Assembly (NCBI GenBank): GCA_951406725.2
Contig: OX597818.1
Span: forward strand, 107,384,001-107,448,000
Reading direction: 5' to 3'
DNA: 64,000 nt
DNA from: Octopus vulgaris
Taxonomy: Eukaryota
A program made the translations under genes and the position numbers. The notes beneath the pieces are model-generated. The model had not been told where the DNA came from. It worked only from the letters and a program-made list of their open reading frames with translations, and searched no databases. The first letter of the stretch is position 1, and each line of letters begins with the position of its first letter. Of the stretch, positions 12,515 through 26,565 are shown piece after piece.

Positions 12515-12727
12515 GGTGGTGATGGTGGTGGTGGTGGTGGTGATGATGGTGATGATGATGCTGATGATGATGGTGATGATGATGATGGTGATGATGATGG
12601 TGATGATGGTGATGATGATGCTGATGATGATGGTGGTGGTGGTGGTGATGGTGGTGATGCTGATGATGGTGGTGGTGGTGGCAATGAAGATAACAATAAT
12701 GATGGTGATTACAATGATGATGATGAC
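12468..12727. repeat. Compound (GAT/GGT)n trinucleotide repeat
   Basis: Direct reading; open in several frames and on both strands, so the poly-D/G ORFs are artefacts. Confidence 0.95.
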
Positions 12728-13295
12728 AGTGAAGAATTTATTTTGAATCTGGAAATTATTTTTTTCTCCATTTCACTGAAAACCCATTCTTATAACACCT
12801 TTTTTTCCTTTAATCCCTATGGTTCTTCATTAGTAGCAAGAAAGGTGTAACACAGAATCACTCTACCTCACAAACGTCCCACCACCACCACCACCACCAC
12901 CACACACACCGTTTATACACACCATAACAAGCTCTAACTTGATGACCTCCATGCCTCCTCTCTTGCTTCCAAGCATCACTTTTTGCGTCGTTCCATACGG
13001 CAGGCATTTTTTTCCCCTTTTCTTTTTACCAAATGCCTCCTTTTAAAGCATGATATTACATAATAATAGCAGATAACACTAAGAGATACCATTTAAAAAT
13101 GAAACATAAAAGAAAAACCAATTGTCCAGTTACTCACAGAATTTCTTCTAAAAGCTTCACACTTTGTGAAAACAAATGGTTGGAGCCATTCCATTCCATT
13201 CCATTCCACTGCCCCACCCCTCAAAAAAAAAAAAGAAAAGAAGAGAAAAGAAAAAAAAGAAATCTGGAAAAAAGAAAGGTGAAGCAGTTTGTACA

Positions 13296-13606
13296 TGATG
13301 ATGATGAGGAGGAGGAGGAGGAGCAGGAGGAGGAGAAGGAGGAGGAGGGAGAGGAGGGGAGGGGAGGTGATGATGATGATGATGACGATGACAGTGGCAG
13401 CAACAATGAGGAAAACAATTGCAATGATGGTGTTTGTGGTGGCATTACTGATAATAACAATAGCAATGATGATGATGATGACGATGACGATGATGATGAT
13501 GATGATGATGATGGTGGTGATGGTGATGATGATGATGGTGCAAATGAAAATGTGACTATGATAAAAATGATGATGAGAATGATGATGGCGATGATGCTTA
13601 TGATGA
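13296..13606. repeat. Compound (GAT/GAG)n low-complexity tract
   Basis: Direct reading. Confidence 0.9.
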
Positions 13607-13750
13607 ACTGCACATTGTTATCAGCAGACTAATGGGATGTGTTTGCAATTTTAAGCTCAAATGACTACCTTAATGAAATTATGGAAAGAATGGTGTCTGC
13701 AGACAGCTTCCATAAACGCACACAAACGCAACCAGCGCACAGCCACAGAG

Positions 13751-13785
<35 letters not shown>

Positions 13786-13942
13786 AGCACACAATCAATG
13801 CATACCTACACTTACATATCAACAGATACGGAGAGAAATATATTACTTTGATATTTTAAAAACTTCAGCAGTTTGATAAATGGAAGCAAGAGGTTGGCAA
13901 AGGTGCTGGTGGAGGAGGAGGAGGAGGAGGAGAGAAACATGC

Positions 13943-13945
<3 letters not shown>

Positions 13946-14000
<55 letters not shown>
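13946..14000. repeat. (GA)n microsatellite
   Basis: Direct reading. Confidence 0.95.
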
Positions 14001-14003
<3 letters not shown>

Positions 14004-14352
14004 ATAAAAGAGTATGTGAAAGAATTTCTAGGTTAATTGAACCAGATTTTATTCAGTGTTAAAATCCATAGATTTATCTTTTTTTTTTTTCAATGAAAGG
14101 TTAAGTGCTCTTGCTTATAGTATTTGATACCCGTGTTACACGAGTGCATACACAGACACACATATATGCACACACACTCACACATACGCATACACACACA
14201 CACGCATACACACACACACACATATGGGAGATGCTAATGCTTGCTTTTATTGACCCCAGAACTGTACATATCTCTAAAAGGATGGAAAGCAACGAGGGAA
14301 GGTTTGAACTCATGGCATAAAGAACTGAAGCAAAATTTTTTCAGCATTCTAA

Positions 14353-14570
14353 TCATCATCGTCATCGTCATCATAATTTAACATCTGTTTTCTTTACTGA
14401 AATGGGCTGGATGGTTTGACAGGAGCTGTACTAGGGTCCATTTGTTTGCTTTGTAAGGTTTTTACAGATGGATGCCCTTTCTAATGCCAGCCTCTTTACA
14501 AAGAGTATTGGGTGCTTTTTATGTGGCACCAGCACTGACAGAGTGACCAAATAACTTGCAAGACAAATAC
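14353..14570 (-). mobile_element. Diverged RTE-type 3' tail
   Basis: (CAT)n start, TTTTACAGATGGATGCCCTTTCTAATGCC, GGGTGCTTTTTATGTGGCACC. Confidence 0.7.
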
Positions 14571-14788
14571 CGCCTTACCAGGGAGGAGGAAGAAGTTGTG
14601 AAATGGGGGTTGATCTGTGTCAGTAGATGAGAGATTAGAAGTATAGAGGGACAGAGGTGGGTGTCTTGATGTAGAATAGATACATGAATACTCCAGTTGA
14701 AAAAACGAAAGAAGAGTGAGCTGGAGAGAAAAATTAGATCAACAGTGAGAGATTCTAATCAATTCTGTAAAATTGCCCATTTACACAT

Positions 14789-14825
<37 letters not shown>

Positions 14826-17800
14826 CATACGCAAACACGTGCATGCACAGATACACATACGATAGCAGCCAGCTCAAAAATGAGTATGACCACAGCATGT
14901 TAATGACTTGCTATTATGAAACCATTTCTCCAACATGTTTACACTCTGTTGTACATATGCAAAAACATTCCACATCCTTTGCATGTCCTCTGCAATATCA
15001 CCCCACATGACACTACCATGTTGCATAGTTGTTCATACACAAGCATCATACAATCTACCCATCACTCTGAGGGTGAGGCCCAGTTTAACAACACAGGTAA
15101 TAGCTCACTGAACTTTGCTTGGCTGGTTCTAATTCTAGCAACTACACTTTTAGAGCATCCTCTTGCACTGCTAATTTGGCAGCATAGGTAATGGAAAATA
15201 GCTACTACTTCTAAAGATCCCCCTAGTCTTTGGAGAAAATTTATTTCCTGTGTTCTGAGTGTTTATTGATCCTGCTCATCTACCGTACACAAAGACTTCT
15301 TTCTCTGTCAAAATAACTGTTTGGAAACACATTGATTGATGGTTTTTGGAATTTCTTCACTCTGAAGGAAGTGGATTACTTATAGCTTTTGCAGGTTCTT
15401 TGCGATCGGTGAGATTGATGTGGTTAATATTTCTCTTGAACAATACTGATGGAGTTTCAGGAAAAACCTGGGTGGGGAAGATGTTCTGGGGAAAAGTAGT
15501 GATGAAGTGTTTAGTGTGGGGCCAGTGAGGATGGACATAACATTGATGAAGAAAGGAGACAAGCGAGCTGAGCATAGATAGCATGTGAATAGCCAGCCCA
15601 AAGAGAGAGAGAGAGAGAGAAAGATTGTATGTACACTAGAGTCTAGATAAGATAGCGAGAAACTTTGTGTTAATCCTGCAGATAGCTTTTGGGTGGCAGG
15701 ATAGCAGGATGCAAAGAAACATTTGGATGAGACAATAATGTCCTCCAAAACGGAAATGACTTTCAAGACAGTTGTATATCAATCTGTTTGCTAAGTGAAA
15801 CATGAAACTTGACTTCAGAAAATTTAAGAAGTGAGTAACTCTTGAAATAAAACTTCATCATTAACGCACCATGATAGAACAAAAGTCTTTTTCACTACCA
15901 ACCTAACTCACTGTTTTCTTATTCTTTTAATACTTCCAATATAGTCTTTATGTCTCTTGCCTGTTATTATTAAATACCTCATTGAATGGTTTGAACACTT
16001 CTCCAATTTTTAATGGATTGTTGCCAAAAACTATTCTCTATGCTGAAATAATTTTTTACAACAACCAGTCAAATGTATGACTTTTCCAGAAAAAACATCC
16101 TGTACAATATTCCTTTGTAAATTGTAAAATACCTTAAAAAGCAAAGTTGTTCATAGATTATACGACTGAAGATTTCATCTTTGTATTGTGATCCTAGGGA
16201 GTTGATACAGGAATAGGGCTTTCTGTTGCCTTACATTAAACATTCGGAGGCCAGAGTCACAAGTGAACAAATTACTTTCCAGAAGTACAGAGAACTCATT
16301 TTTAGAATTTTATTCAATCAGCTTGGTGCGTTTTATCTTTGTATGAATGACATATCCCAAATCACAAGAACTACCCCTGTTAATGTAAACTTTACAGTAC
16401 GATCATGGAACTGCCTCAGTTTGATTGCAAGTTAAAGCTATGAGTTAGAGACAGGAAGTTGATCTGTGCGCCAGAGAATGTGTCGCACTTGCAGATGGGG
16501 TTTATGTCATCATCTACTACACCTTGCCAACTTGCACAATCAACATGGAAGACTTATTGTTCGACTTGACTCAGGATCAGTCGTATTCCTGGAAGAATTT
16601 AAGTCAGCTGCGGATAACTACCTGTAACCTTAGATATCCACAGAATTTCAGTAAGCCATCAAGTGCTCAAAACATTTCCAGTGAGCTTTCCTGTTCCTAA
16701 AAAGGAAGCCTTTCACAAAAATACCCACCAATGGTCAGGTCAATAAAAATAGGCATCAGCATTATACTACAGTTAGAACTCAGAATGTAATGATTCGAAA
16801 CTAACAACCATGTGATAACCCTGCCAGTTTTGTCAATTTGCAGCTCTAGGCTACTGCGTTGTGAACAAAAGGTATGGTCTTGGACATTGATCTGAATGGA
16901 TTATTTTATCAAATTGAATGATGGAAAGATATTACCAATCCAAACAGCATTTGTGTTCAATAATAATACTGTAGCTATGAAAAATAGAGTAACCATTTGT
17001 AGAAGATATTTATCCAAATCTTGACAAGCATCTTCAGACTTGCACAGTGCAGTGTACCATTGAAGACTGGAACTACATGACACACTCTGTTTAGGCCTTA
17101 ACACAGTAACTTCTAAATGTAGAAACTCAATTGTGTTTTTACATGTGATGTGATGGCTTTTAAGTGGTTATTGTGTTAACATTACAAGAAAGTGATATTT
17201 TGCTGATGTAAAAAGTAAACTGGTCTTTACACTTTCTGACACGTACCTTCACCTCACACAAAAACATTATCATAGAAACATGTAACTCTATATGTTGTAC
17301 GTCCATACTCATATCACTATACACAGACACACAAACAAACGCATGCATACACACATGCACATTTACCAATAGTTATGATGATTAATCAATAAAAGGTTAG
17401 TGAGTTCAACTCCAGTGGTGGCATGTCAAAAATAGCAAAAAGTTAATAACAATGTAACATGAAAAAAACCATATAAATATAAAATGAAGAGACAAAGAAA
17501 AGAAAGAAAAAAGATTCCGCATGTGAATGTATTCATATCAACAGACGTTTTCATCAAGTATAACATTCAGCTTAATAAATGGTAAAAATATGAAGAATAA
17601 TGATCTGAGAGTCCCAATAAATAGAAATATTGTCTTATCTGGAGAACACAGAATTCTTCTGGAGCTGTTGAAAACCAATGCGAAAATCATCCCCCCCCTA
17701 CACACACACATACTCCTATCCCTCTCCTATACACATATACACATACACACACACACACTTGTACATGTAGTCATTGGGATAATGGATAATGTCTGCTGGA

Positions 17801-17953
17801 TTCTTTGGAGGTTCCACTATTTGCTTTATACTCTCTAGGATTTATTAATCTCTGATTTTTGTTGCCAAGATGCCATTTTCAGTTGGCATTGTGCTAGGAT
17901 TCTTCAGAGGAGATTTTGGCGTGTGTGCATGTGCGTGTGTATATGTGTATGTG

Positions 17954-18028
<75 letters not shown>

Positions 18029-18114
18029 TTCTGTACGGATTGATGTCTATTTGGAGAAAAATCATATATTTATTGGTATGAATATGTCAGTTTGTGTACA
18101 CACACAGTAGCATG

Positions 18115-18163
<49 letters not shown>

Positions 18164-18184
18164 TAATGTTTGTTTTTGTGCTCA

Positions 18185-19366
18185 GTTATAATAAAAACAA
18201 TTTTATTTTTAATCTGATGGCTTACTTTGTACTTTTATAGAGTACAAACTTATTCTTACACAAGAATACTGTTGATAGTAACTTTGAAGTTTTGGCCAGT
18301 TAAGCCATCATTGCAATGTCTTAACTGAGCCCCAACTTCGAAGTCACTGTCAATAAAACTCTTTTTTAAGAATAATATATCTATAGGCACAGTAGTAGCT
18401 GTGTGGTAAGTATAACAGCTTGCTTACCAACCACATGGTCCCGGGTTCAGTCCCACTGCGTGGCACCTTGGGCAAGTGTCTTCTACTATTGCCTTGGGCT
18501 GACCAAAGCCTTATGAGTGGATTTGGTAGATAGAAACTGGAAGAAGCCTACCATATATATTTATATATATGTATGTGTGTGTATATGTTTGTGTGTCTGT
18601 GTTTGTCCCCCCAACATCGCTTGACAACTGATGCTGGTGTGTTTATGTTCCCATAACTTAGCAGTTCAGAAAAAGAGACTGATAGAATAAGTACCAGGCT
18701 TACTCAGAATAAGTCCTGGGGTCTATTTGCTTGACTGAAAGCAGTGCTCCAGCATGGCCACACTCAAATGACTGAAACAAATAAAAGAGTAAAAGAGTAT
18801 ATATATCTTATTATGTGTGTGTTTGTAGGTGTGTGAATATGTATGCGTGTATGTGTGAATATGTGAGTGTATGTGCATATGTGTGAATATGTGAGTGTAT
18901 GTGTGTATGTGTGAATATGTGAGTGTATGTATATATGAGAGCATATGTGTATTCTGCATAAATTTGAACAAAAATTGTGTATGAGAAGTGTATTTTGGAA
19001 AGGCTGTGTATGTATTTTCAGATATTTTGTATATTTTTATGTGTATTTATCTTTGAGAGGATTCCGTCCGTAATCAGAGAATACTTTCCATTGTATGAGA
19101 TCAAAATATTCACACATACACTTTCACACATCTACAAACACACACATAATAAGGTATATATATACATATCCTTTTTAAACAAGGATATTGTTGACAGTGA
19201 CTTCAAAGTTTGAGCCAGTCAAGCTATCATCAGACAGTCTGCTGATGGCTTAGCTCACCAAAACTTCAAAGTCACTATCAATAATATTCTTGTTTGGGAA
19301 TAAGTTTGTACTCTACAAAAGTTTAGAGTAAGCCATCAGATTAATGTAAAATTGTTTTTTTATAAC
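18185..19366. mobile_element. Large fold-back element, probably Penelope-derived, with head-to-head degenerate hammerhead motifs
   Basis: 18185-18370 is the diverged reverse complement of about 19170-19366; the inverted match continues at 18800-18845 versus 19110-19165 once the inserted SINE is removed. Confidence 0.75.
18383..18797 (+). mobile_element. CORE-type tRNA-derived SINE family A, full length
   Basis: A-box-like TAGCTGTGTGG, B-box-like GGTTCAGTCCC, CORE-like GGCACCTTGGGCAAGTGTCTT, internal (TA/TG)n, tail AAAAGAGT repeats. Confidence 0.9.
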
Positions 19367-19379
19367 ATTTTATTGCATG

Positions 19380-19511
<132 letters not shown>

Positions 19512-20139
19512 AATTAGAGAATCGCTTTTGGCCCCAGATCAGTCCAAATTAGGCAGACCAACGACCACACACTATAAGTGTCCCTTCTTTGGCTTTTTTT
19601 GTATATATACAACAATGATAATCAGTATATCTTTCCATTTATAAAACGGTGATGGTGATTTAAAGGAATTTGGCTGCTATTTCTTGTAGGTGAAGCAACC
19701 ACTTCTTGACTCAATATCATTGTAAATTTTTAGATTGTTTTTATTAACAGAGGTCAGGGTTAGAATATACTTTGCTATTGGATACATGTGTGCATGTCTG
19801 TGATGAAGAAATATTCATGATTGTGGATGTGTGATCAGAGAAAATAATGGCATGTGTTACCTAGGCATATTTCAGTGTGAGTGTCTGTGTGTGTGTGCGT
19901 GTGTGTATATGTGTGTGCATGCATGCATGCATGCATGCTTGTGTGTTAGATGTGTGAGAATATTAAAGCTGTCTTGTCAATGTCTGTTGGCATCAGATTA
20001 CTCTTTTCTAAGACAGGTTGACAATTAACATGAGGGGGAAGCATCTAAGTAATTTGACCCCAGTATATAATAAGATAAGTACAAACATGTAGAAATATTA
20101 AGGAGCAAAATTTGCATGCATCACTGAATGAATGGACGA

Positions 20140-20750
20140 ATCATCATCACCATCATCATGATCATGATCATGATCATCATCATTTATTGTCCATTTTCCA
20201 TGCTGGCATGGGTTGGACAGTTTGACTGGGGTCTGGGAAGCCAAGAGGCTGCACCATGCTCCAGTCTTATCTAGCAGTGGTTCTACATCTGGATGCCCTT
20301 GCTAATACCAACCATTCCGGGAGTGTAATGGGGGCTTTTTGTGTGCCACTGGCACAGGGACCAGAGAGGGCTGGCAACAACCACAATTGGTTGGTGCTTT
20401 TTATGTGCCACTGGCACGGAAGCCAGTCAAGGTGGCACTGGCATCGACCATGTTTGGATGGTGCTTTTTACATGTCACTGGCACAGGGATCAACTTCAAT
20501 TTCCATTTGATTTTGATTTTGACTCAATAGGTCTCCTCAAGCACGACATGTCCCCCTACAATTCAAGGTACTTTTGAGTGAACTGGTTATGCGACACTGG
20601 TGTAGGTTACACCTGTGAACTCACTTTATTTGCTGGGTCTTCTCAGTCATAGCATATCTCCTGAGGTCTCGGTCTTTCGTCATTGTCTCTGTGAGGTCCA
20701 ACTTTCGAAGGCCATACTTCACCACCTCATTCCATGTCTTCCTGTGCCTA
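20140..20750 (-). mobile_element. RTE LINE 3' end (ORF terminus, UTR and tail)
   Basis: Minus strand reads RKTWNEVVKYGLRKLDLTETMTKDRDLRRYAMTEKT, then the UTR repeat units and (GAT)n tail. Confidence 0.88.
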
Positions 20751-21219
20751 TATGTACACCTAGGTAGACCAGGGCAATTGATTTCCAAATTATAACTTCT
20801 TGTTGAAAGCCAAATGAAATGCTTATAGTAGGGTAAAAACCATCAAACTCTCAGTTGGTTGTATGCAATCCATTCATTTGTTTGTGCATCTCTAGACTTA
20901 TATGGCAGTAATAGAATGGAAACCTGAAGGAAATACAACAAAAACAACAGAAACTAAACAAAAAGAGAAAAAGAGAGGAAAATGAATTAATAAAATTTCA
21001 TTGAAAAATCTTATCTGATTTAAGTTTCAGCCGAGGCACAATAACTGTGCTTTTAACTCCACATTAGACAAACGGTTCTCATAAAAGTAATTATTTCTTC
21101 TGTAAATATTTCAAAATGTGGTTTTCATTCAAGAATTATCGCTACTCAGCAAATATGAATCAATGCTTCTGTGTGTGTGCATGTGTATGTGAGCAGAACA
21201 TTTACTTTTGAATATAGGT

Positions 21220-21250
<31 letters not shown>

Positions 21251-21361
21251 CACACATAAACACACAAACACACACAGACACATGCAAATATATGCATATA
21301 TATATATGTATGTATATATTTATACAGACATACACACAAATGTAAGTGCATACATGCATAC

Positions 21362-21434
21362 AAACATACAACCATACCTACCTACCTACCTACCTACATA
21401 CATACATACATACATACATACATACATACATACA

Positions 21435-21470
<36 letters not shown>

Positions 21471-21560
21471 TACATATATACATATATATATCAGAAAACA
21501 TACAACCATACCTACCTACCTACCTACATACATACATACATACATACATACATACATACA

Positions 21561-21596
<36 letters not shown>

Positions 21597-21625
21597 TACA
21601 TATATACATATATATATCAGAAAAT
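21362..21625. repeat. Duplicated compound (TACC)n(TACA)n(TA)n microsatellite
   Basis: A block from AAACATACAACCATACCTACC to TATATATATCAGAAAA occurs twice in tandem. Confidence 0.9.
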
Positions 21626-21883
21626 ATATTAGATGTGTTATGTATTTATTTCAAAATATTACTGGATTTTATTTTCAAGTGTCCCTGCATTTTAATTGTA
21701 CTTGTGTGTGTGTGTGTGTATGTGTGCGTGACTGAATTATTGCTCTAAACATGAGCTTTTTTAATCATTTTTATTAAATATAAAACCATTTTGCTTAATC
21801 ATTTTGCTCTCTCTATTTAAATACACACAGAGACACATAGAAACACAAGCACACACACTCACACACATACGCACACACACACG

Positions 21884-22130
21884 TATCATCATCATCATCA
21901 TCATCATCATCAACAGCAGCATTAGCAGCAGCAGTATATCGCTAACTGTTCACTTTCCAAGCTGGCGTGAGATGGAGAGTTCCACAGGATCCATCAATGC
22001 TGTTTGGTTCCAGTATCTCACTGTTTTTAACAGGTAAGTGCCCTTCCTTATGTCAGCCACTTTACAGAAGGTACCAAATGCTTTTCTTATGCATAAGCAC
22101 CAGTGAGGCCACTTTCTGTCTTGCAACATT
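21884..22130 (-). mobile_element. Highly diverged RTE-type tail
   Basis: (CAT)n then TGCCCTTCCTTATGTCAGCCACTTTACAG. Confidence 0.55.
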
Positions 22131-22198
22131 GCAAACGTCCTCACAACAGGAGAAGAAGTGATTTGAGTGAGTTGTTCAGAAGTTAAAGTTCAGAAGTC

Positions 22199-22408
22199 AA
22201 AGAACAGTCAACAGAATTTTATGGGGCAGGGATACATGCTCTCATTCGAAGGTGGAACATTGCTATTCAGAGAAACTGTGACTATGTTGAGAAGTAAGGA
22301 TATGATCCACAGAGGACCAGCTTCATTTTGATGTATGATACATGTTCCTGTATTGGTGATTATACCTGTCCTAAACAAAATGGCATTACTTTTTGACTCA
22401 CTCTCGTA
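22199..22408 (+). mobile_element. Mariner transposon 3' end (transposase C-terminus, right TIR, TA)
   Basis: KEQSTEFYGAGIHALIRRWNIAIQRNCDYVEK* (22199-22297) fits the mariner FYxxGIxxLxxRWxxxxxxxGDYVE terminus; ends TTACTTTTTGACTCACTCTCG-TA. Confidence 0.85.
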
Positions 22409-23039
22409 TAACAGGAGAAATAGGTTTACTGTGATGAGAGGGTGTTTGTGGGAGAACTTACAGAGACGGTGTTGTTGGAGTGGGGTGGGGGGGGATAAAA
22501 GGGAAAGGGAAGGATTAGCATGAAAGTTTAAAGAGAGTAAGATGTGGTGGGCGGAATAAGGAGGAGAGTAGGATGTGTTGAGGGCAATGCATGTTTTATA
22601 GGTGAAGGGCAAATGAAATGCTGACAGGAAGAAAAATTGAGATGACTGTAATGAAAAGATCGAGAGAAGCTTAGGTTAACATAACCAATAATGTGAATGG
22701 AAGAGAATGTTGTGACAAAATAATGAGGAAGACTGATTAAAGCTTGCAGGAGTGAGAAAAAGGAGAGTAGGGGGAGAGAAATAGTTAAATAGGTGAGAAG
22801 ATAGTCAAAGGTGAATAAATATGTGGAGGTCAATGGTAAAAAGGAGAAATGGGAAACTGTAGGAAGAGGCTTGGGGTAGAGGGAGTTATGGCTGGCTATA
22901 CAGAAAGGCAGCTGATAGATATAATAATGTGTTCTTTGAAAAGTTTATGTATCATTCTACAAGGGGAACTATATCCATAGAATTTTTCAGTTTTGAACAT
23001 CCCAATTCATTCAAATAAGCAGTATTTCAAGGATATGAT

Positions 23040-24450
23040 TAAGAAATCAGAACATCTTATTTATAGAACGAAGTGACATTCTCTTATATCTTTGAGTTTG
23101 GATATAGATTATACTGGAACAGTTTCAAAGCAGTACAAAAACTAAATCAGTAACAGACACGTAACAAACTTTTATCTCTTCTCAACGATTTCAATGATTG
23201 CCTTCACAAATGCGACTGCACACGCCACACTGTATGTCACACTGTCAGTATACATACCCCTGTATAAGGTTTAGGACAGTTCACTTGCTATCCCACAGGG
23301 GTGTCAGGATTTCACCACAACACATTCTGATCTTTTTCTCATGAGAATATTGCTGGACAATCTTGATTGCATGAATGGATTTGAATCTACAACAAATCCT
23401 CCATCAATTAAGGATTTAGAACCTTTTGAAAGGGACCTTTTTTGAAATGATAAGTAAAATAAGATAACAGAAACTGAACAATAGTTTCCAAGGTCTCTCA
23501 AAAAAGTTTCTGTGGAATTCTGATGAAATAACACAACTGATACTAATAAGAAGGTGGAACAAACTTTACACTACAGGGTGAATCGAGAAGCAAATTATTG
23601 TTGCCTACCTAAATGTTCAGCTGAGAATGAAATAGCTTCTTCTATGCAAACTTTTAAGGACCAGAAAGTTTAGTCTTTAGTGCAACTTTAAATGTAGGCT
23701 CATAAAAACCAGACTAAAAACAAAACAGGTATAATTAGTAAAAATATTTTAGATTCATTTTCACTTTGGAGTGGAAATGTTATAGATTTTCACATACTAG
23801 ACAAAAATTGTTTGTTATAAATTGAACATATTACCAAAAAACAGAACTATGGATTTATTCTGTTGATATTGTGAACTTTTACTGAGTGGTAATAAGGTTT
23901 CTACTTTTAAAAGACCTGGATTTTGCTTGGACACATCAGTGACTTGGACGCTGGTATCATCCTGCATGCCAAATAATCATTATTGCTTTATCTGTATCGG
24001 CTTTATCTGTATCAAGAAAAAATGGTGACGCATTTTCGATGTGCCTATGGATGCGTGTGAGAGCAGAATTATATATTCTTGCAGAGACATATATTCCAGA
24101 TTGTCTATATTCAGAATTTCCATCTTCTGAGATGACAGTTTCATTGTTACCAACAACTTGAGTGAAAATGAGCATGGCTAGACTTGGGAAGGCCGTTACT
24201 GCACATGGCACTTAAAGATTATTATAGACACGAACCGTAATTGTGTCCACTTCTTAGATATTCACTTTAGATCTACATTCCAAGAGTTTTAGGGTTTACT
24301 GCCAGCCTAATGAAAAGCACTTTTAAAAATGCATCTTTGCCCATCAATGATGCCTTAAGGAATGGCGGATTCTCTGACCAAATCTATTGTGTTTTCAGTG
24401 AAAATAATGCAACACGATCTCACAGAACTAAGGTCAGTTGGCAGATATAT
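23040..24450 (-). mobile_element. Possible decayed hAT/CGGBP1-like transposase
   Basis: Protein-like minus-strand fragments RIYNSALTRIHRHIENASPFFLDTDK..TD and EEAISFSAEHL loosely recall hAT DETTD and RW..W..A..Y motifs; many stops. Confidence 0.25.
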
Positions 24451-24899
24451 AGTTATATACATATTGTGGGATTCAGAACAATTTCCATCCACCAAAATTC
24501 ACTTGCAAGGCATTATTTGACACGAAATTATATTGGAGGCATTTGCTCCAAGATAACACAAAGTGTGAGTGATGGCAAAACCCAAACGGTTGTGAGGTAA
24601 ATTTCTCAACGACATGTGTGAAGACACACACATACATAGATATGGCCAAATACCTACACATATATGTATGAGTGCTTCTTGTTCTGCATAAACATATTTA
24701 CACAGCTAGAACAAATACAAGAGAAAAAAATAAAGAGAACAATACGAAGCATAATGAGGGAATATTCCAAACCTATTCAACTCCTTTTACGAATATTAAT
24801 ATGCAGAAACAGGGGAACACACACATATTGGCATTTACAAAGAAACTCAGAGACGCAAGAATTTTAATTCAATCACACACACACACACACACACATACA

Positions 24900-24977
24900 T
24901 ATGTATGTATATATATATATATATATACATACATATGTATATATATATATATATATCTATATATGCATATATATATA

Positions 24978-25035
<58 letters not shown>

Positions 25036-25085
25036 GTATATATCTATATATATGCATGTATATATATATGTGTGCGTGTGTGTAT
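24900..25085. repeat. (TA)n-rich microsatellite
   Basis: Direct reading. Confidence 0.95.
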
Positions 25086-25883
25086 GTTTGTTTGTATGTA
25101 CAAATAGCATTCTACATATTATATCTCCAAGCAGGCAAATTCTACCCAAATTTAGTTAATTCTGCTTCATGATTTGGGTAGAATTTGGACAAAGAACTTC
25201 TGCTGTTTTTCTATTCTATTCTAAGTTAAAATTTGTTTAATTCACCTGCTTGTTACGGTTGACATTATCATAGTTTGATTTTATGTTTGTCATAAATATA
25301 AAATAAAAGAAATCATTATAATTTGTATTGACATCAGGCACTGGAGTGGCAGAAAATGGCAGTGTGATAAACATAACACCTTTTTTTTTTATTGTTTATA
25401 ACATGCAATGTACACAATAATGTTGTTGGTTCTAGGTTTCCATCAGGCCAATGATTGGTTCATTTAATTTCTAGTGGTGAGAATAACAAAGGAATGTTGG
25501 TGTAATTCTGGAATAAAAAGTACCAGAGGCTGTTTTCGCTCAGTGCAAGGATTTATCAGCAACTTGTCCCAGATGTGTACATCTCTTACCAACACACTGT
25601 CAACACTCATATATGAGAAACTTCAACATAGTTTCCTTCTGCCATATTTTACTCGTATGACAATGGTCAACCAAAAAGTATCCTAAAAATACTCGCTGAA
25701 AGCTCAATGGAATCGAATTGAGAAACACGGAATAGCAAAACGAACTCCTGTATTCCATTTACACTGCAGTCAATTTGTGCCTTTCATTGTTTTGTAGTCA
25801 GTCAAAATAATCTCTCCACTCTGAGAGAGATTCTTGGGTGCTACTTCTTTTTCCTCTGATTCACCAACATGAAATCATATCGG

Positions 25884-25997
25884 TTTCCATTTTTTGGCAC
25901 AAAGGCCAACAATTTTTTTTTTTTGGCAGGGTGGGATAAGTTGATTACATTAACCACAGTGCATTACTGGTACTTGTTTCATCAACCCTGAAAGGTT
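25884..25997 (-). mobile_element. SINE family B 3' fragment
   Basis: GGTTTCC..TTTTGGCACAAAGGCCAAC...ACTGGTACTTG..CCCTGAAAGG. Confidence 0.65.
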
Positions 25998-26070
25998 CAA
26001 ACATTTTGACAAACAAGATCGATATTTTCAATCTTGATTGCAAGGAAAAAGGAACACAGGTATAATAATG

Positions 26071-26104
<34 letters not shown>

Positions 26105-26123
26105 TAATAATAATAATAATAAT

Positions 26124-26502
26124 AGTAAATATAAAGACCTGCTAATAGAGATTGAAAAAATGTGGCATCTCAAGGCGACTACAGTACCAGTGATTGTAGG
26201 ATCTCTAGGAATGATAAAAAAAAGGTACTGAAACCTATTTGAAAATGATTCCAGGCTTACCATCCCTACAGGAAGTGCAAAATATCGTATTAACTGGAAC
26301 GGCTCATGTACTGAGGAGAGCATTATCGCTGTGAAAACAACATCCATCCATGAATTTATTTATTTATTAATTTTAAATACATATTTTATCTGTGAATTTG
26401 TGTGTGTAATCTGGGAATGCATACAATGCCCTTCTCTGCCCTAGGTGTATGGAAAACACTCGGTGAGAAACGGAAGAAAATTTGAAGAAAGAAGGAAAAA
26501 AC
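26124..26502 (+). mobile_element. 5'-truncated Dong/R4-like RLE non-LTR retrotransposon inside (TAA)n
   Basis: SKYKDLLIEIEKMWHLKATTVPVIVGSLGMIKK, frameshift in an A-run, then GTETYLKMIPGLPSLQEVQNIVLTGTAHVLRRALSL*; typical RLE endonuclease C-terminus; (TAA)n on both sides (26061-26123, 26502-26570). Confidence 0.85.
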
Positions 26503-26516
26503 ATAATAATAATAAT

Positions 26517-26565
<49 letters not shown>

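Noticed and set aside
12421-13632. Acidic poly-Asp/Glu/Gly ORFs
   Set aside because: Trinucleotide microsatellites open on both strands
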